Assembly (NCBI RefSeq): GCF_009914755.1
Contig: NC_060934.1
Length of the DNA stretch: 64,000 nt
Reading direction: 5' to 3' (one strand)
DNA from: the human T2T-CHM13v2.0 reference genome, Homo sapiens
Positions 59,195 to 64,000 of this stretch are shown one piece after another. The position numbers and the translations under genes were made by a program. The notes beneath the pieces were generated by a model. The model searched no databases. It was given only the letters and a program-made list of their open reading frames with translations, and was not told where the DNA came from. Within the stretch, counting starts at the first letter, position 1. Each line of letters opens with the position of its first letter.

Positions 59195-60109
59195 GTTAGC
59201 CGGGGACCCGGGTGGCCGGAGGCAGCGGCGAGCGGTGCACGTGCTTGCAGACACGGGCGAGTGTGGAGCCGGGGGGTGCACGCCCGGTGGGTAGGGGCTT
59301 GCTCCCCCGAGGCATGGGATGGCGAGGAGGCTGCAGCGACATCGTTCTGCCTGCACCCGGCCTGGGGCTGGCAGGGTAGGGGTGTGTTGGGGGGGGAAGG
59401 ATGCGAGCCAGGGGGCGGGCGAGTAGTCGCCCGGGACGGGACGGGACGGGAGAGAGGGTGGAGGAGGGGGCGGGATGGAACGCTCCGGGCGGCGCGCCCG
59501 TCCGCACACTCCACCGAAGGAGCTGGCGACTGAGAACCTCGAATTTTAACTTCGCGTGCCCGCCCGCGCGCGCCCGCCCGCGCCCACCCCTAAATCCTGC
59601 GGCCGCCGCCAGCGATCAGCTCTCACACAAACTTTAGCTGCGGGCTAGGGGGTTTGGGGTTGAGTGGGGGAGGGGAGAGGGAAAAGGCCTCCTGATTGGC
59701 GTCGTCTGCAGCCAATAAGGCTACGCTCCTCTGCTGCGAGTAGACCCAATCCTTTCCTAGAGGTGGAGGGGGCGGGTAGGTGGAAGTAGAGGTGGCGCGG
59801 TATCTAGGAGAGAGAAAAAGGGCTGGACCAATAGGTGCCCGGAAGAGGCGGACCCAGCGGTCTGTTGATTGGTATTGGCAGTGGACCCTCCCCCGGGGTG
59901 GTGCCGGAGGGGGGGATGATGGGTCGAGGGGTGTGTTTATGTGGAAGCGAGATGACCGGCAGGAACCTGCCCCAATGGGCTGCAGAGTGGTTAGTGAGTG
60001 GGTGACAGACAGACCCGTAGGCCAACGGGTGGCCTTAAGTGTCTTTGGTCTCCTCCAATGGAGCAGCGGCGGGGCGGGACCGCGACTCGGGTTTAATGAG
60101 ACTCCATTG

Positions 60110-60305
60110 GGCTGTAATCAGTGTCATGTCGGATTCATGTCAACGACAACAACAGGGGGACACAAAATGGCGGCGGCTTAGCTCCTACCCCTGGCGGCGG
60201 CGGCAGCGGTGGCGGAGGCGACGGCACCTCCTCCAGGCGGCAGCCGCAGTTTCTCAGGCAGCGGCAGCGCCCCCGGCAGGCGCGGTGGCGGTGGCGCGCA
60301 GCCAG
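60110..60305 (+). other. KAT6B: Non-coding exon 1 (5'UTR); intron 1 continues to the window end
   Basis: GGATTCATGTCAACGACAACAACAGGGGGACACAAAATGGCGGCGGCTTAGCTCCTACCCC...GCGCGCAGCCAG matches my recollection of the KAT6B/MYST4 mRNA 5' end. Donor CAG|GTCTGT is at 60305/60306. The TSS position is approximate. Confidence 0.7.
60163..60174 (+). promoter_or_regulatory. YY1 motif overlapping an upstream ATG
   Basis: CAAAATGGCGGC matches the YY1 consensus AANATGGCG just downstream of the inferred TSS. Confidence 0.7.
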
Positions 60306-62044
60306 GTCTGTCACCCACCCCGCGCGTTCCCAGGGGGAGGAGACTGGGCGGGAGGGGGGAACAGACGGGGGGGGATTCAGGGGCTTGCGACGCCCCTCCC
60401 ACAGGCCTCTGCGCGAGGGTCACCGCGGGGCCGCTCGGGGTCAGGCTGCCCCTGAGCGTGACGGTAGGGGGCGGGGGAAAGGGGAGGAGGGACAGGCCCC
60501 GCCCCTCGGCAGGGCCTCTAGGGCAAGGGGCGGGGCTCGAGGGCGGAGGGGGCGGGGCGGGATCGGGTGGGGGCGGGGTTCGGGGAGTCGGAAGGCGGGG
60601 GCTGAGAGGGAATTTCTGAGTGGGAGTGAACTGGTAGGAGCGGTGGGGGGCCGGCGAGGGTGTGAGGAAGACTAGTGAGGGTTGGGTGGGAGGAGAAGCT
60701 GAAGGTGTAGAAGCAGGTGCAGAGGGAGAGTTAGGGAGGGATGCAATTTGAGAGAAGTGGAAGGCGGACCGAGGGGTGTGTGAGGGCAGGTGAGATGATA
60801 CCGAAGGCGAGATTGCAGTTGTCTGGGCGCAGAGTAGGTGGGTTTGGGTGTGGTGGATGTGGAGTAGAGTTGAAGCGGTGCAGAGTGTTGGGTTTGGGGA
60901 GGCGTTGAGGGGTTTGGGGAGGCATTGAGGCGCATGTGAGGAGCAGGTACGATTGCAGTGATGGGAAAGAGGTATCTGGGTGGATCGCATGTTGGAATAA
61001 GAAGGAGGTTTGCTAGCTTTGGGGTATGAAGTATTTTTTAAAAACGTGGAAGGATGGGATGGTTGTGCTTGGGAGAGTTTCTGAAAGATGATGCTAAGAC
61101 AGCAGAGCAAACTTAAATATGAAGGAAGGGGAGAGAGGCTGCTTAGAACTTGCAAAATCTGTGGCAGAAAATCTCCTGGGGACAAGGGATTGGTAGGGGT
61201 GGGACAAGGCGGCAGGTGTGAAGAAAGTGGGTGGAGCTGTACAGTAATTTTCGGTGAATGTGATTTGGTGGACTGTGCCAGGGGTGAGGATGGGGCAGAG
61301 AAAGGTGTTAGTTTGGGAGACAAGTTGTTTGATAGGCTGTATTTATTATTTTTTATAAAAATGAGAAAAGGGTCTCACTATGTTGCCCAGGCTGGTCTCG
61401 AACTCCTGGCCTCAAGTGATCTGCCCACCTCTGCCTGACTGATGGGATTACAGACGTGAGCTATGGCGACCCGTGATACGCTGGATTCATTATGTTAAAC
61501 TTGATCTGGAGTCTTCAAGGGAGTGTCCGGCAGCAGGGTATCCCAGGAAGAGACATGCACCATACCTTGGGATAGGACATTTTGCATAGCTTTGAATTTG
61601 CTAGTACTTTGCTGTGGGCAGAGTGCAGGGAGTGGTAGGAGATGACCAGGCAAAGGCAGAGGAGGGGTTAGATTACAAATGGTGTCCTATGCCCCATGAA
61701 GGAGTTTAAGCCCTGTAATTGGTAGAAGGTGTTGGGACGTGTTAAAGAGAGTGTTAGACAGAAGTTGTGAAGGGGTAGTGATAAAGAATTACAGATGTGG
61801 GAAATAGGAAATGAAGACCAACGAACCAAGTATGTTTGGGGTTGGAGGTACCAAGGAAATTCAGGGTAGAGCATATGAGGGCCCCTCCTATATGGACAGA
61901 AGGTGGAAATAGCAAATGGAAATTAGTTGTGTTCGAACAGTCTTAGTTCTATGGGGCCCCAAGAAGGTTTTTTGTGTTTTTTTTTTTTAAAGTGCATTCT
62001 TCCTGTCTTACTTGTATACCCTAGATTTTTTGGCATAGCCTTGA

Positions 62045-62385
<341 letters not shown>

Positions 62386-62992
62386 TTCATAAGTTCTTTA
62401 CACATTTATCAGAATGAATTTGGACAGTATTTTATGTTTTTAAGAAGGAAAGGATAATGCACATGTTTTTTCTTTTCCGAGAACTTCTACTGAGAGTTAA
62501 AGGTTGGAGTGGTGAAGTGATGGTTTAAAAAAAAAAAAAAAGAAAAGAAAAGAGAGAGACAGAGGAAGATTTTAACATTAAAAGAGGAATTTAGGGAATG
62601 GCTGATGGTCATGACACGGTCGGCAGAGGAAGTTTTGCTTACTAGCCACACTTAGGCTTCTGAGTAGAGTGGATATTATGTCATTGCTATTATAGCATGT
62701 GTTTATTTCACACACTGCTTTTGAAGATTGGGTGGAAACTGTCAGATGTGAGGCATAGCATGAATGAAAGGTAAATAGCATGAGTATTAGAAAGTAGATG
62801 AGGAAGTTTAATAATTTTAATGTGCTTCATAAGCTCTCATGGACTTTCACGTATCAATTAGTAAAAGACGTAACTAAGTGATCTGGCTTTCAGTCTCCTA
62901 GTTCTCTACAGTGTACCCTCAGTTTTCCACGTGCTTACACATGCCTACATTTGTACTGAGAGAAAAGGAAATAGTTTTTTTTTTTTTTTTGA

Positions 62993-63199
<207 letters not shown>

Positions 63200-63429
63200 T
63201 GATCCACTCACCTCGGCCTCCCAGAGTGCTGGGATTAAATAAATAGTTTTATGTGGCTGGGTGTGGTGGCTCACGCCTGTAATCCCAGCACTTTGGGAGG
63301 CCGAGGTGGATGGATCACGAGGTCAAGAAATCAAGACCATCCTGGCCAACATGGTGAAACCCCATCTCTACTAAAAATACAAAAAATTAGCTGGGCATGG
63401 TGGCGGGCGCCTGTAGTCCCAGCTGCTCA

Positions 63430-63600
<171 letters not shown>

Positions 63601-64000
63601 TCAGTCTTTGTTGCAGAATGGTAAATGATGCGTGGATGAGAGAAGTGGGGTGATGGGATATTTCTTCCCTTTAATGCCTTAATTTGCATTTCCAAAGCAC
63701 CTTTAAGCATCTTTTTATAGAACTCCCATGATCTTCTGATACCTGTCTTCTCGCAGACCCCAGAAAGAGAATACACCAATTTTCGTATCATCTATTCCAT
63801 TGTTGCCGAATATTTGAGTTGTTTCAAGTTTGGGGCAATTGTGAACAAAGCTGCTATGAGCATTCCTATACCTGTCATCTGGTGCCCATGTGCACAAGTT
63901 TCTCTAAGGTATACACCTAGGAATGAAATTGCCGGTTTATAGCTAGGGTGACCATTTGTCCTGGTTTTTGCTTATTTTCCCAGCGTAACTGTAACACTTT

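Larger units (their letters stand above)
58200..60700. promoter_or_regulatory. KAT6B: Large CpG-island promoter (probably KAT6B)
   Basis: Very high GC and CpG content with no repeats. It has many GC boxes, nine CCAAT/ATTGG pentamers at 59695-60110, ETS CCGGAAG (59839-59845) and a YY1 motif. The gene name is from recall of the mRNA 5' end. Confidence 0.75.

Noticed and set aside
58087-61323. Long ORFs of 233-392 aa on both strands over the CpG island
   Set aside because: They are Pro/Arg/Gly/Ala low-complexity, overlap in many frames and have no recognisable domain. Stop-codon scarcity is expected in GC-rich or G-skewed DNA.

Overview
Primate (very likely human) genomic DNA. It is extremely Alu-dense and contains no intact protein-coding exon. 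The right end (about 58.2-60.7 kb) is a large CpG-island promoter with nine CCAAT boxes, a YY1 motif and non-coding first exon(s). From memory, that 5'UTR is KAT6B (MYST4/MORF), which would make this the intergenic region upstream of KAT6B plus the start of intron 1; this is not database-verified. The most striking structure is a five-level nested retroelement stack at 5.0-17.1 kb, mostly supported by target-site duplications (TSDs): old L1 > MER21 LTR > MER4-type provirus (minus strand) > MER41-LTR (PRIMA41-like) provirus with decayed gag/pro/RNaseH/integrase (plus strand) > LTR18-type solo LTR and Alus inserted in gag/pol. Also notable are an LTR8 inserted inside an Alu, an orphan CpG island at about 45 kb, a fold-back hairpin Alu at 54.5 kb and an AT-rich inverted duplication at 25.2-25.8 kb. 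Almost all ORF-track entries are Alu or GC-rich artefacts. I found no convincing new protein-coding system. Repeat subfamily names come from recalled consensus sequences and need Dfam/RepeatMasker confirmation.
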